64,000 nucleotides of DNA from positions 78,159 to 142,158 of the forward strand of contig JANWWM010000016.1 in assembly GCA_025055975.1 (NCBI GenBank). Direction: 5' to 3'. This document shows positions 10,827 through 19,107 of the stretch, one piece after another. Numbering within the stretch: position 1 is the first letter of the stretch; every line of letters starts with the position of its first letter. The translations under genes and the position numbers were made by a program. The DNA comes from Chloroherpetonaceae bacterium. GTDB lineage: Bacteria; Bacteroidota; Chlorobiia; Chlorobiales; Thermochlorobacteraceae. The notes below the pieces were generated by a model. It was not told the DNA's origin, searched no databases, and worked only from the letters and a program-made list of their open reading frames with translations.

Positions 10827-12611
10827 TCACTTCATCAACGTCATTTTGCGCGTTTGAACGAATCGCTCGCCATTCGTTCCGCTCGCTTGCAAGCGATAGA
10901 AATAAACTCCCGACGCGAGCGCCAAGCGAGACGCATCGAGCAAGCAGACCTGCTTTCCCGCGCTCTGACGCGCCTCGACGAGCGTGGCGACCTTTCTGCC
11001 AAGCACATCGAAAAGTTCCAATCTCACGTCGCTCGCGCTTGGCAAGGAATAAACGATGATCGTCGTCGGATTGAACGGGTTGGGGTAATTCTGTTCGAGC
11101 GAGAACGCGGCGACGCTTTTCGGCGCGTCGCGACTTGCCAGAGACGGTTGAATCGTGAATCGCCATGCGCCGCCTTGTTCGGCGGTCAGGGGTTTCGTAA
11201 CGCGCTTGCCGGCGTTGGTCGTGGCGGCGATGTAGTAATAAACCGTTTGCGGCAAATTTCTCGCCGACGGGAAAGACAGAACGGCGCGGAACGAATCGGG
11301 CGCAAATTGCGTCATCGGCGCGGATTGGAAGCCAAGCGTCGTGTCTGTCGTCCAAAAAACATCGGCTCGTGCGACGCCGCCCCGCGACGTGATTTTCGCC
11401 ACGATCTCTCGCGCCGACGTGTCGGGCGAATCGAGCAGGCGTTTGTGCGCGATCAAGACGGGATTGCGCGCGGCGATTTCCTTCGTGACGCAGTGAATCG
11501 CGCCGAGTTGCGGAATGATTTGATTGCAATCGATTCCGACGATGCGGTAACCGGGCATCGCCTCGCGGTAAATGCGCAGCGCGGTCGTGTCGTAGCGCGG
11601 TTCGTAGGTCGGCACGATGACGGTCTTGTTGATGATGAGCGAGTTCGTGTAAGTGCGATAGTATCCGCCCTGACTTGGATAGCGTCCGAATTGGTCGGGC
11701 GGCATCGGGATTCGAATCACTCGATACGGGCGACCGTAGCATGTTCGAAAGTTGTTCAAGACGTATTGCAAATTCGCTTCGATTTGCGGTCCGTCGGAGA
11801 CGCCCGGCGGATACTCGCCCACGAGCAACGTTTCCTCGTCGAGCAACTTCATGTGCATATCGATGTGATGAATGACGTCGTAGGGCAGAACGGGCATTTT
11901 GACATATCGCCGAATGCCCATAAAGCGACGCATCAAGGAGTCGATTTGCGCTTCGGTTTTGTTGGGGTTTTCCGAGAGGATGAGGCGCGACGAGAAGCCC
12001 GTGCCGAAGCCGTCGACCATAAAATTCCCGCCCGCATGCACGAGATCGTTGGGCGGCGAGGTCATCTGAAAGAGCGGCACGCCGAGTTGGTTGGAAAGCG
12101 CGAGCGGAATTTGGTCGTCGAGCGGACGCGGACGGTTGTAAATCCAATCCACGAAATAGAGCGAATCGATGTCGTTGGAATAGACCGACCACGCGCCGTA
12201 ATCGCGGCACCAAATCGAGTTCGAAGGCGCGATGACGAAGACGAGGTTTTCCAACGTGCCGCCGCCTTGCAAGATGGCGTTTTTGATGTTCGTCGTGTCG
12301 CTCGCGTTGGCGACGATGAAGACTTTGCCCTCGCGTTGCGCCGCCACGACGATTTGCCGAAGAATCGTCGGGAACGATCGCCATGTGATTTGAACGCCTT
12401 GCGATTCTTCCCACTCCGCCGCCGCGCGCATCGGCGACGACGGCAGATGGCTCGGCGCGTCGGGCGACGCGGGCGGCACGTAGGTTTTCATCAAGTCTCG
12501 CTCTTCGGGCGCAAGAAAGCGCGGCAACCCGAGCGAATCCGCTTCCTGCGCGAGCGTTTCGCTCTGCGCGAGCGCGGCGACGAGCAGTCCCAAAATCCAA
12601 GTCCGTTTCAT
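10827..12611 (-). CDS. secreted agmatine-deiminase / Porphyromonas-type peptidylarginine-deiminase-fold enzyme with a T9SS C-terminal sorting domain
   Basis: Signal peptide; IWCRDYG and HIDMHMK blocks; catalytic-Cys motif GAIHCVTKE. A roughly 130-aa middle domain is followed by the CTD NYPNPFNPTTIIVYSLP...SGVYFYRLQA...TRKMTLMK. Confidence 0.8.
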   Translation of the reverse strand: MKRTWILGLLVAALAQSETLAQEADSLGLPRFLAPEERDLMKTYVPPASPDAPSHLPSSPMRAAAEWEESQGVQITWRSFPTILRQIVVAAQREGKVFIVANASDTTNIKNAILQGGGTLENLVFVIAPSNSIWCRDYGAWSVYSNDIDSLYFVDWIYNRPRPLDDQIPLALSNQLGVPLFQMTSPPNDLVHAGGNFMVDGFGTGFSSRLILSENPNKTEAQIDSLMRRFMGIRRYVKMPVLPYDVIHHIDMHMKLLDEETLLVGEYPPGVSDGPQIEANLQYVLNNFRTCYGRPYRVIRIPMPPDQFGRYPSQGGYYRTYTNSLIINKTVIVPTYEPRYDTTALRIYREAMPGYRIVGIDCNQIIPQLGAIHCVTKEIAARNPVLIAHKRLLDSPDTSAREIVAKITSRGGVARADVFWTTDTTLGFQSAPMTQFAPDSFRAVLSFPSARNLPQTVYYYIAATTNAGKRVTKPLTAEQGGAWRFTIQPSLASRDAPKSVAAFSLEQNYPNPFNPTTIIVYSLPSASDVRLELFDVLGRKVATLVEARQSAGKQVCLLDASRLALASGVYFYRLQASGTNGERFVQTRKMTLMK

Positions 12612-13366
12612 CGATTGGCGGTCGTTTTGGCGGCTTCTTGAATCGTTCGATCGAGAAGCGAGGCTTTCTTTTTCATCTTGATGTTCAGAACCTCGACGAA
12701 GAGCGCAAAGGCGATCGCGAAATACATATACCCTTTTGGCACATGGACATCGAAGGCTTCGGCGACGAGCAACACGCCGATGAGCAAGAGCAAAGCCAGA
12801 CCCAGCATTTTCGTCGTCGGATGCTCGCGAATGAAATCGCCGATGGGCTTTGCGAAGAGCATCATCACGATGGACGAAGCGACGATGGCGAGCGCCATTA
12901 CGAGAATTTCTTTCGACAGTCCAATCGCCGTGACGATGGAGTCGATGGAAAAGATGAAGCTGAGCGCGACGGATTGCAACATCACCGTTGCGAAGGTTGA
13001 CGCGGCTTTCGCGCCGCCGCCTTCCGCGACGCCTTCGATTTTGGCGTGAATTTCCGCAACGGCTTTATACATCAAGAACACTCCGCCAAGCAGCATCATC
13101 AAATCTTTGCCGCTGATTTCGTTTTGAAAGATGGCGAACAGCGGCGCTTCAAACGACAAAATCCAACCAATCGCGCCCAAAAGTCCAAGCCGCAACGCGA
13201 GCGCGGCGACAAGGCTCGCGTTGCGAGCGCGGGGCTGTTCGTCGGTCGGAAGTTTGGAGACGAGAATCGAAATGAAGATGACGTTGTCGATGCCGAGCAC
13301 GATTTCAAGCACGGTGAGGCTCAACAGGTTGGCGAGGTTTTCGGGTTGGATTAGCAGGTCGAACAT
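12608..13366 (-). CDS. TerC-family integral membrane protein
   Basis: LEIVLGIDNVIFISILV and repeated TM blocks are typical of TerC. Its stop overlaps the start of the downstream PAD-fold gene (ATGA). Confidence 0.8.
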   Translation of the reverse strand: MFDLLIQPENLANLLSLTVLEIVLGIDNVIFISILVSKLPTDEQPRARNASLVAALALRLGLLGAIGWILSFEAPLFAIFQNEISGKDLMMLLGGVFLMYKAVAEIHAKIEGVAEGGGAKAASTFATVMLQSVALSFIFSIDSIVTAIGLSKEILVMALAIVASSIVMMLFAKPIGDFIREHPTTKMLGLALLLLIGVLLVAEAFDVHVPKGYMYFAIAFALFVEVLNIKMKKKASLLDRTIQEAAKTTANR

Positions 13367-13418
13367 AGCGAAGCGTTTTGTTGAGATGGCGGAAAGTTAA
13401 GCGTTTGTCGGGAGAACG

Positions 13419-14669
13419 TTAAGCCTTTTTTCGCCACAGGAGCGACGAATCGCCGTAACTCAAAAAGCGATAGCCGTTGTCGAGCGCGCTCTGATAAACG
13501 ACGCGCCAAAAGTCGTCGCCCAAGAACGCCGCCACGAGCAAAATGAGCGTGCTTCGCGGTTGATGAAAATTCGTGATGAGCGCATCGACGACCTTGAACT
13601 CGTAACTTGGCGCGATGATGAGTTGCGTTTCGCCCGAAATTCGTTCCAACCCGTTTCGCGTCGCCCATTCCAACAAGGCGTTTAACGCGCGTTCAAGCGA
13701 TGGGAGCGACGATGTCGCCGAAAGCCGATACGAATCCCACTGCGAGACCCAGAGGTCGTTTCGCTTTCTGGCGTCGCCGTCGTCGAGACAAAGTTTCGCG
13801 CCGAACCAATAGAGCGATTCGAGCGTCCGCATCGATGTCGTGCCAACGGCGACGACGCACGGTTTCGGCATAGCGGCTTGCGCGAGCAAGGCTTCAACCG
13901 CATCGAGCGGAACGGCGATTCGCTCCACGTGCATTTGGTGCTCGGCTATCGTGTCGCTCTCGACGGGCTTGAACGTGCCCAAGCCGACGTGAAGCGTGAG
14001 ATCGGCGATTTGAATCTGCTTGTTAGCCAATTGTTGGAACACGCGCTCCGTGAAATGCAGTCCCGCCGTCGGCGCGGCGACCGAGCCTTGATGAATGGCG
14101 TAGACGGTTTGGTATCGCGTTTTGTCTTCAGTGTTTGCGTCGCGCTTCAAATACGGCGGAATGGGCATTTTTCCCATCTCGTCCAAAAGTTCGGCGAAGG
14201 TTTGGTTCGTTTGCCAAGCGAACTCGACAAGGGCTTGCGCGCCGCTCTTTTCCAAAACGGTCGCCACGAGTTCGCGCAGACGAAGCGTCGAGCCGCGCTC
14301 GATTTTTCGTCCGCCAATCAAGCAATTCCAGCGGCAAGACCGTTTCGCGCTGAGCGCGATGGCGGGATCGACGCTGGGCGCGACGGGGTCTAGGCACAGC
14401 AGTTCGACCAACCCCCCCGTCGACTTGGCAAGATGCAATCGCGCCGCAATCACCTTCGTATCGTTGCGAACCAGCAACGCCTTTTCAGGCAAAAGCGACG
14501 CAAGCTCGAAAAAACGATGATGCGAAACGCTTTGCGAAGCGGCGTCGGCAACGAGCAATTTGCTTTGGTCGCGCTCGGCAAGCGGAAACTTGGCGATGCG
14601 CTCTTCGGGCAGTTCGTAGCCAAACTCGTTCATCGAAACGGACGGCGCGAAGCGAGAATCGTCTTGCAT
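13419..14669 (-). CDS. queA: S-adenosylmethionine:tRNA ribosyltransferase-isomerase
   Basis: FGYELPEERIAKFPLAERDQSKLLV at the N-terminus, plus PIPPYLKR, AAPTAGLHFT and VGTTS blocks. Confidence 0.9.
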   Translation of the reverse strand: MQDDSRFAPSVSMNEFGYELPEERIAKFPLAERDQSKLLVADAASQSVSHHRFFELASLLPEKALLVRNDTKVIAARLHLAKSTGGLVELLCLDPVAPSVDPAIALSAKRSCRWNCLIGGRKIERGSTLRLRELVATVLEKSGAQALVEFAWQTNQTFAELLDEMGKMPIPPYLKRDANTEDKTRYQTVYAIHQGSVAAPTAGLHFTERVFQQLANKQIQIADLTLHVGLGTFKPVESDTIAEHQMHVERIAVPLDAVEALLAQAAMPKPCVVAVGTTSMRTLESLYWFGAKLCLDDGDARKRNDLWVSQWDSYRLSATSSLPSLERALNALLEWATRNGLERISGETQLIIAPSYEFKVVDALITNFHQPRSTLILLVAAFLGDDFWRVVYQSALDNGYRFLSYGDSSLLWRKKA

Positions 14670-14738
14670 GGCGTTTCGGGTTTCGTAAGTCGAGCGGCAA
14701 ACTTAATCAATTCGCACGCGATTCGCGCTCTCGAAAGG

Positions 14739-15167
14739 CGCAATCCCCTTTCTTTAGACGAGTTGCCCGAAATGGAGAACGTCTCGGTTGGGTTGTTTCG
14801 CTTGCTTGTGGAGTCGGAGCGGACGGCGGGAGAAGCGGCGCGACGGCTGGTTGGGCGGGCGAGCAAGACGGAGTTGGATTTGATAGAGCAGATATTGAGT
14901 TACAAGTTCAACGCTTTAACGCGACAGGAGGTCAGGGAGATGTTGGGGATACAGGAAGAGTTGTTGAAGGATACGGCGTTTTATCGGGAAGCGTTTGAGG
15001 AAGGCAGAGCGGAAGGCGAAGCGAAAGGCAGAGCGGAAGGCGAGCGCGCGACGAAACTTGCGGTCGTTCCGCTCTTGCGCCGACTGGGCTTGTCAGACGA
15101 GCAGATTGCCAAAGAATTGAACCTCTCGCTTGCCGACGTGCAAAGCGTTCCCAAAGCGAGCGCGTAG
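14739..15167 (+). pseudogene. 5'-truncated remnant of an Rpn/DUF2887-DUF4351-type (PD-(D/E)XK transposase-like) gene
   Basis: Only the C-terminal half pattern is present: LDELPE...VGLFRLLVE...LIEQILSYKFNALTRQEVREMLGI...FYREAFEEGRAEGEAKGRAEGE...LLRRLGLSDEQIAKELNLSLADVQ. The nuclease half is absent. Upstream sequence in the same frame runs straight into the queA promoter and CDS. Confidence 0.45.
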
Positions 15168-17615
15168 TTACAGCCGCATTCCAAGAGTGGCGTAAACGCT
15201 TCGCCCATCAGCGGGAATGATTCCAGGACCAGGATACGACTCCGCTCGCCGCGTGAAGTAGAAATTGTTGGTGAGATTGTTGATTCCTCCCTCAAACGCA
15301 AACGCGCCGATTTCATATCGCGCCGAAACGTCCCACACCCCGTAAGACGGAATCACGCCGTTGACGGCGGTCGAAGTTCTCACGGCATTGGTCGCGTCCG
15401 TGAAGTGTTCGCCCGTGTAGGAAAATTGCAACGTGGCTTGAAAGCCTTTGCGTCGCAGGGTCGCGCCCGCGCGAATCGTGATGGGCGGCACGAGTTCGAC
15501 TTTGCGATTCCGAATCGAAGGCTCGTCGGAGTTGATGTAGCGAGCGTCCAAGAACGCCACATTTGAAAAGAGCGAAACGCTCGTCGCGGGATTCTGACCA
15601 AAAATCAACCCATAAAGGTCGGCTTCAATCAACGTTTCAACGCCGTAGGTGCGCGAATCCGCGACATTCGTCCGCAAGCGATACGGCAAAAACAGCGGCG
15701 GCTGATCGTTTTTGAGAAGCAGTCCGATTTGATTGTCGTAGCGCAAATAAAAGAGCGTCAGGTCGTAATAAATCAAACCTTTGTAGTTGCCGCGCAGACC
15801 CAAATCGGCATTGTAACCGCGCTCGTCTTGAATGTTGGGGTCAATGACGAAGTTCGGATTGACGACGCGCAAATCGCTGAACGTGACGGAGCGATAGTTC
15901 TGCGACACGTTGGCGTAAAGTTCCGCGCTCTCGTTTGGCGTAAAACTCGCGCCAATGCCGAACAAGACAAAGGCGCGATTGCGCGAGCGGCGTTCATCGA
16001 CGCGCAACTTTCCGACGACATTCCCCGCGCCGTCGTAAGAAATTTGTCGGTAGTAGCCCTCCGCCGACGTTTGAATGTTCTCGTAGCGCATTCCGGGCGT
16101 GATCGTGAAATTCGGCGCGACGACGAAAATGTTTTCGACAAACGCCGAGTAGTTGCGATTCGGAAATCGATAGTCGGAATTGTCGGGATCGTTTGGGTTG
16201 AGAAATTGAAAGTTTGGGTTCGCCGTGCTATCCGCGTCGCCTTGGCGTTGCGTCGTCTCGCCGCGAAAGGCGCGAATGCCCACGAGAACGGTGGATTTGT
16301 TTCCGAGAAAATCGTAGCGATGAATGAGGCGCGTTTCGTTGGCGATGAACTTGAACTTGCCTTGAATGAGCGTGCGGTTGAACGTGCCATCGCGTCGCGG
16401 CGTGAGGTCGTTGTAAGTGATGCGCTCCAAATTGCCAAGCGATTGTCGCCCCGACATCAACCCGTAAAATCGGCTGTTGAGTTGCGTCGTTGACGAGAAA
16501 AAGTAGTCCGCGGAAATCGACGCGACGTTCCAATCCACCTCGAACCAATTGCGTGGACGCAAGGATTGACGCGGGTTTTGGGCAAATTGCGCGTCGGTCA
16601 AGCCGCCGGGCTGACGCGCCAAGTAATGCATAAACGTGTAATCCGACGAAAGCGAAAGTTTCTCGCCGAAAGCGTAGCGCGTCGAAACGTGAGCGACGTG
16701 TTGGTCGAACTCCGAGAACGGTCGCCATCCGTCGCCGCGCTTGAACTGATAGAAGCCGTAGTAGTTGAAATTTCGAATCGTTCCGCCAACGCTGTTGAAG
16801 GAATTGAACATTCCGAATGATCCCGCGCTTTGACGCGAGAGAAACTCAAAAGGCTTGTCGGGCGCGCCGCGCTTGAAGACGAAATTGAGCATTCCGCCAA
16901 ACTGCGTGCCGTATTGAAGCGACGCCGCGCCGCGCACGACCTCGATGCGTTCCAGCGCTTCAAACGGAGGCGTGTAGTAGCTTTCGGGATAGCCAAGCGG
17001 ATCGGGCGAAATGTCGTAGCCGTTTTGACGCACGTTGAAATTCGACGTGCGTTTGGGGCTTAATCCTCTGCCGCCAATGTCCAATTGAATGCCGCCGCCA
17101 TCGGATTGCCAGATGTTCAACCCCGAAACTTTCGCAAACGTCTGACGCGCGTTGTTGAACGCCACATTCGCCGCAATGTCTTTGAGCGTGATGACCTCGT
17201 TTTTCTTCGCTTCGTAAATCGCCGTTCCTTCGACCGACGCGAGTTTCGAGACGCCAAAGCGATTGCCTTTCTCGCTCTCTACGACCACCTCTCGCGCTTG
17301 ATAGGCTTTTCGTGTCAAGCGAATCGCAAACCTTGCGCCGTTTTCGTCGATGTCGCAAGCCAACGCGATTCGTTCAAATCCGAGCGCGGAAACGACGAGC
17401 GAATCCTTGCCCGCTCGCTTGGCGCGAAACTCAAACTCGCCGCGTTCATTCGTGAGCGCGCCAACGCCCTGCGCTTTGAGCGAAACGGACGCGCCCGCGA
17501 TGGCTTCGCCCGTTTCGTCGTTCAAAATTTTCCCCGAAACGAGCGCCTCTTGCGCTCGCGCGCCAACTCCAACGAGAAGCGTAACGAGCAACGCGAATCG
17601 AGATGCGACTTTCAT
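15168..17615 (-). CDS. TonB-dependent receptor with an N-terminal carboxypeptidase-regulatory-like domain
   Basis: Signal peptide; VSGKILNDETGEAIAGASVSLK...NERGEFEF; plug block IERIEVVRGAASLQYG; long beta-barrel. Its start overlaps the HTTM stop by 4 nt. Confidence 0.85.
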   Translation of the reverse strand: MKVASRFALLVTLLVGVGARAQEALVSGKILNDETGEAIAGASVSLKAQGVGALTNERGEFEFRAKRAGKDSLVVSALGFERIALACDIDENGARFAIRLTRKAYQAREVVVESEKGNRFGVSKLASVEGTAIYEAKKNEVITLKDIAANVAFNNARQTFAKVSGLNIWQSDGGGIQLDIGGRGLSPKRTSNFNVRQNGYDISPDPLGYPESYYTPPFEALERIEVVRGAASLQYGTQFGGMLNFVFKRGAPDKPFEFLSRQSAGSFGMFNSFNSVGGTIRNFNYYGFYQFKRGDGWRPFSEFDQHVAHVSTRYAFGEKLSLSSDYTFMHYLARQPGGLTDAQFAQNPRQSLRPRNWFEVDWNVASISADYFFSSTTQLNSRFYGLMSGRQSLGNLERITYNDLTPRRDGTFNRTLIQGKFKFIANETRLIHRYDFLGNKSTVLVGIRAFRGETTQRQGDADSTANPNFQFLNPNDPDNSDYRFPNRNYSAFVENIFVVAPNFTITPGMRYENIQTSAEGYYRQISYDGAGNVVGKLRVDERRSRNRAFVLFGIGASFTPNESAELYANVSQNYRSVTFSDLRVVNPNFVIDPNIQDERGYNADLGLRGNYKGLIYYDLTLFYLRYDNQIGLLLKNDQPPLFLPYRLRTNVADSRTYGVETLIEADLYGLIFGQNPATSVSLFSNVAFLDARYINSDEPSIRNRKVELVPPITIRAGATLRRKGFQATLQFSYTGEHFTDATNAVRTSTAVNGVIPSYGVWDVSARYEIGAFAFEGGINNLTNNFYFTRRAESYPGPGIIPADGRSVYATLGMRL

Positions 17616-19012
17616 TTGACCATCGTGAGCGAAGATTGTTCAAACGGCAGAATCCATTTCTTGTCGTGAAATCCCTCGCGCTCTTTGGCAAGGTCGACCG
17701 TCGGGTCGATGAGCGGTCTGCCCATGCGTCCGTTCATCGTGGCGTAGACTTCGGCGCGAACTTCGGGATTATGCACGCCCTTTTGCTCGTAATGTCGTTT
17801 GAGAAAATGCGCGAACTCCAAAATCATATCGGGCTGAAACGACATCTGTTTTTCCTGCGTCGGATTGAGGAATTCGCGGTTATCGACCACGCCTTCGCGT
17901 CCCGTTTTGGAATCCTTCACATAGAAAATCGCCGTGCCCGCTTTCTCGACGAGCATCACGCGCCACGAAAAGCGATAGCCTTGTTCGCTCCAAAAAAATT
18001 CAAGCGGATTCCACCACTCGTTGCGCGAGTAGAGCAAGAATCGGAGCGGAATCAAAAACTGAAGCGCGAAGTGAACGAGAAGCGCGCTCAATATCGCGGG
18101 CTGAAATCGCGTCTGAAACGTAGCGGAGTTCGCGGGGCGAGGCTCGCTCGCTTTCGGAAAAATTTTTTCAATTAACGCGCGCAGAAACGCGATGACTTTC
18201 TTGTGGAACTCCTCCGAGAAGAAAATCGTCGTCGCGCCAATCATCACGATGGGGAAAACGCCGATGGGGAACATCATTCCCGTAATCACGTGAAAGCCAA
18301 TCACGGCGAGATAAGCAAGCGGGCGCGTCGGCTTCCATGTCAGAAAAAAGACTATCGAGCAGTCGTAAATCATTCCCGCCCAACTGAACAGATACGCCGT
18401 AAAGTCGTAGGGCATCGCCCAACCAATGAGCGGGAGCGCGTCTTGCGCCCGTAGCCACAAACGAAGCGGCATCGCTTCCAATAGCCACTCGGAGTTGATT
18501 TTCGCAACGCCCGCGAAGACATACACGATGGCAAGTTGCAGTTTGAACGTCGCAATCGTCCAACGCGGAACGCGCTCGCATTCCATCGCGGGATTGCGCC
18601 AAGCGTCAATGGAAAAATATCGGTTCGCGGGAACGAGCGTCAAGAGAAACGCGACGATGCTAACGAAGTAGTAGTGATTGAGATAGTAGGCTTTGTCCAA
18701 CAATTCAACATATGTGAAGACGAGAAAGAAAACGATGGCGGAAACGCGATAGAACGCGCCCAGCATAATGCCAAGCGCGCTCAATCCCATCGCAACGAAA
18801 ACGAGATACATTCCCGTCGCCCCAAGCGGCTCGACCCACTCGAACCCGTAGTATTTGAAGTGAAAGACGGGCGAGATGTATTGGTCTTCAATCCAACCCA
18901 AAAGCCAGAAGCGGACGACGCTAATTATCATCACAAGTCCGAAGACGACGCGAAACATCGCCAGCGGCGCGATGTGAACAGGCTCTGCAAAGAAAGAGAC
19001 GATGCGTTTCAC
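17612..19012 (-). CDS. HTTM-domain integral membrane protein (vitamin-K-dependent gamma-carboxylase-like fold)
   Basis: The N-terminal PLAMFRVVFGLVMIISVVRFW...FHFKYYGFEWV pattern and the multi-TM architecture are typical of HTTM. Confidence 0.8.
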   Translation of the reverse strand: MKRIVSFFAEPVHIAPLAMFRVVFGLVMIISVVRFWLLGWIEDQYISPVFHFKYYGFEWVEPLGATGMYLVFVAMGLSALGIMLGAFYRVSAIVFFLVFTYVELLDKAYYLNHYYFVSIVAFLLTLVPANRYFSIDAWRNPAMECERVPRWTIATFKLQLAIVYVFAGVAKINSEWLLEAMPLRLWLRAQDALPLIGWAMPYDFTAYLFSWAGMIYDCSIVFFLTWKPTRPLAYLAVIGFHVITGMMFPIGVFPIVMIGATTIFFSEEFHKKVIAFLRALIEKIFPKASEPRPANSATFQTRFQPAILSALLVHFALQFLIPLRFLLYSRNEWWNPLEFFWSEQGYRFSWRVMLVEKAGTAIFYVKDSKTGREGVVDNREFLNPTQEKQMSFQPDMILEFAHFLKRHYEQKGVHNPEVRAEVYATMNGRMGRPLIDPTVDLAKEREGFHDKKWILPFEQSSLTMVK

Positions 19013-19107
19013 GGCAAGCGCGAGACGAATTGGTTGCGTTCAAGCTATTGCGTTAAAATTCGCGGTGAAGGGAAGGGATTCCCTCTCCCCTTCGCCTTTG
19101 ACCAATC

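Noticed and set aside
10704-12641. Very long ORFs overlap well-supported genes, either antisense or out of frame. This 645-aa ORF is one. Others are at 10810-12600, 28514-30037, 32155-33969, 42097-43947, 50778-52061, 52728-53783, 60059-61243, 4634-5734, 5239-6453, 47841-48791 and 48798-49907.
   Set aside because: Their translations are Arg/Gly/Ala/Glu-rich and low in complexity, with no recognisable motifs. Each lies over a gene that has clear family signatures. Long spurious ORFs like these are the expected artefact of high GC content.
13367-13440. Possible yybP-ykoY (Mn) riboswitch upstream of the TerC-family gene.
   Set aside because: The gap to queA is only 52 nt. The reverse complement lacks the conserved GGGGAGUAG-type core, so there is not enough room or signal.
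19060-19107. A short Gly/Pro-rich-coding segment (gaagggaagggattccctctccccttcgcc) between the HTTM and lipoprotein genes, considered as another repeat family.
   Set aside because: It occurs only once in the window. It resembles 37121-37146 only in being CT/GA-rich, so no family can be supported from this window alone.
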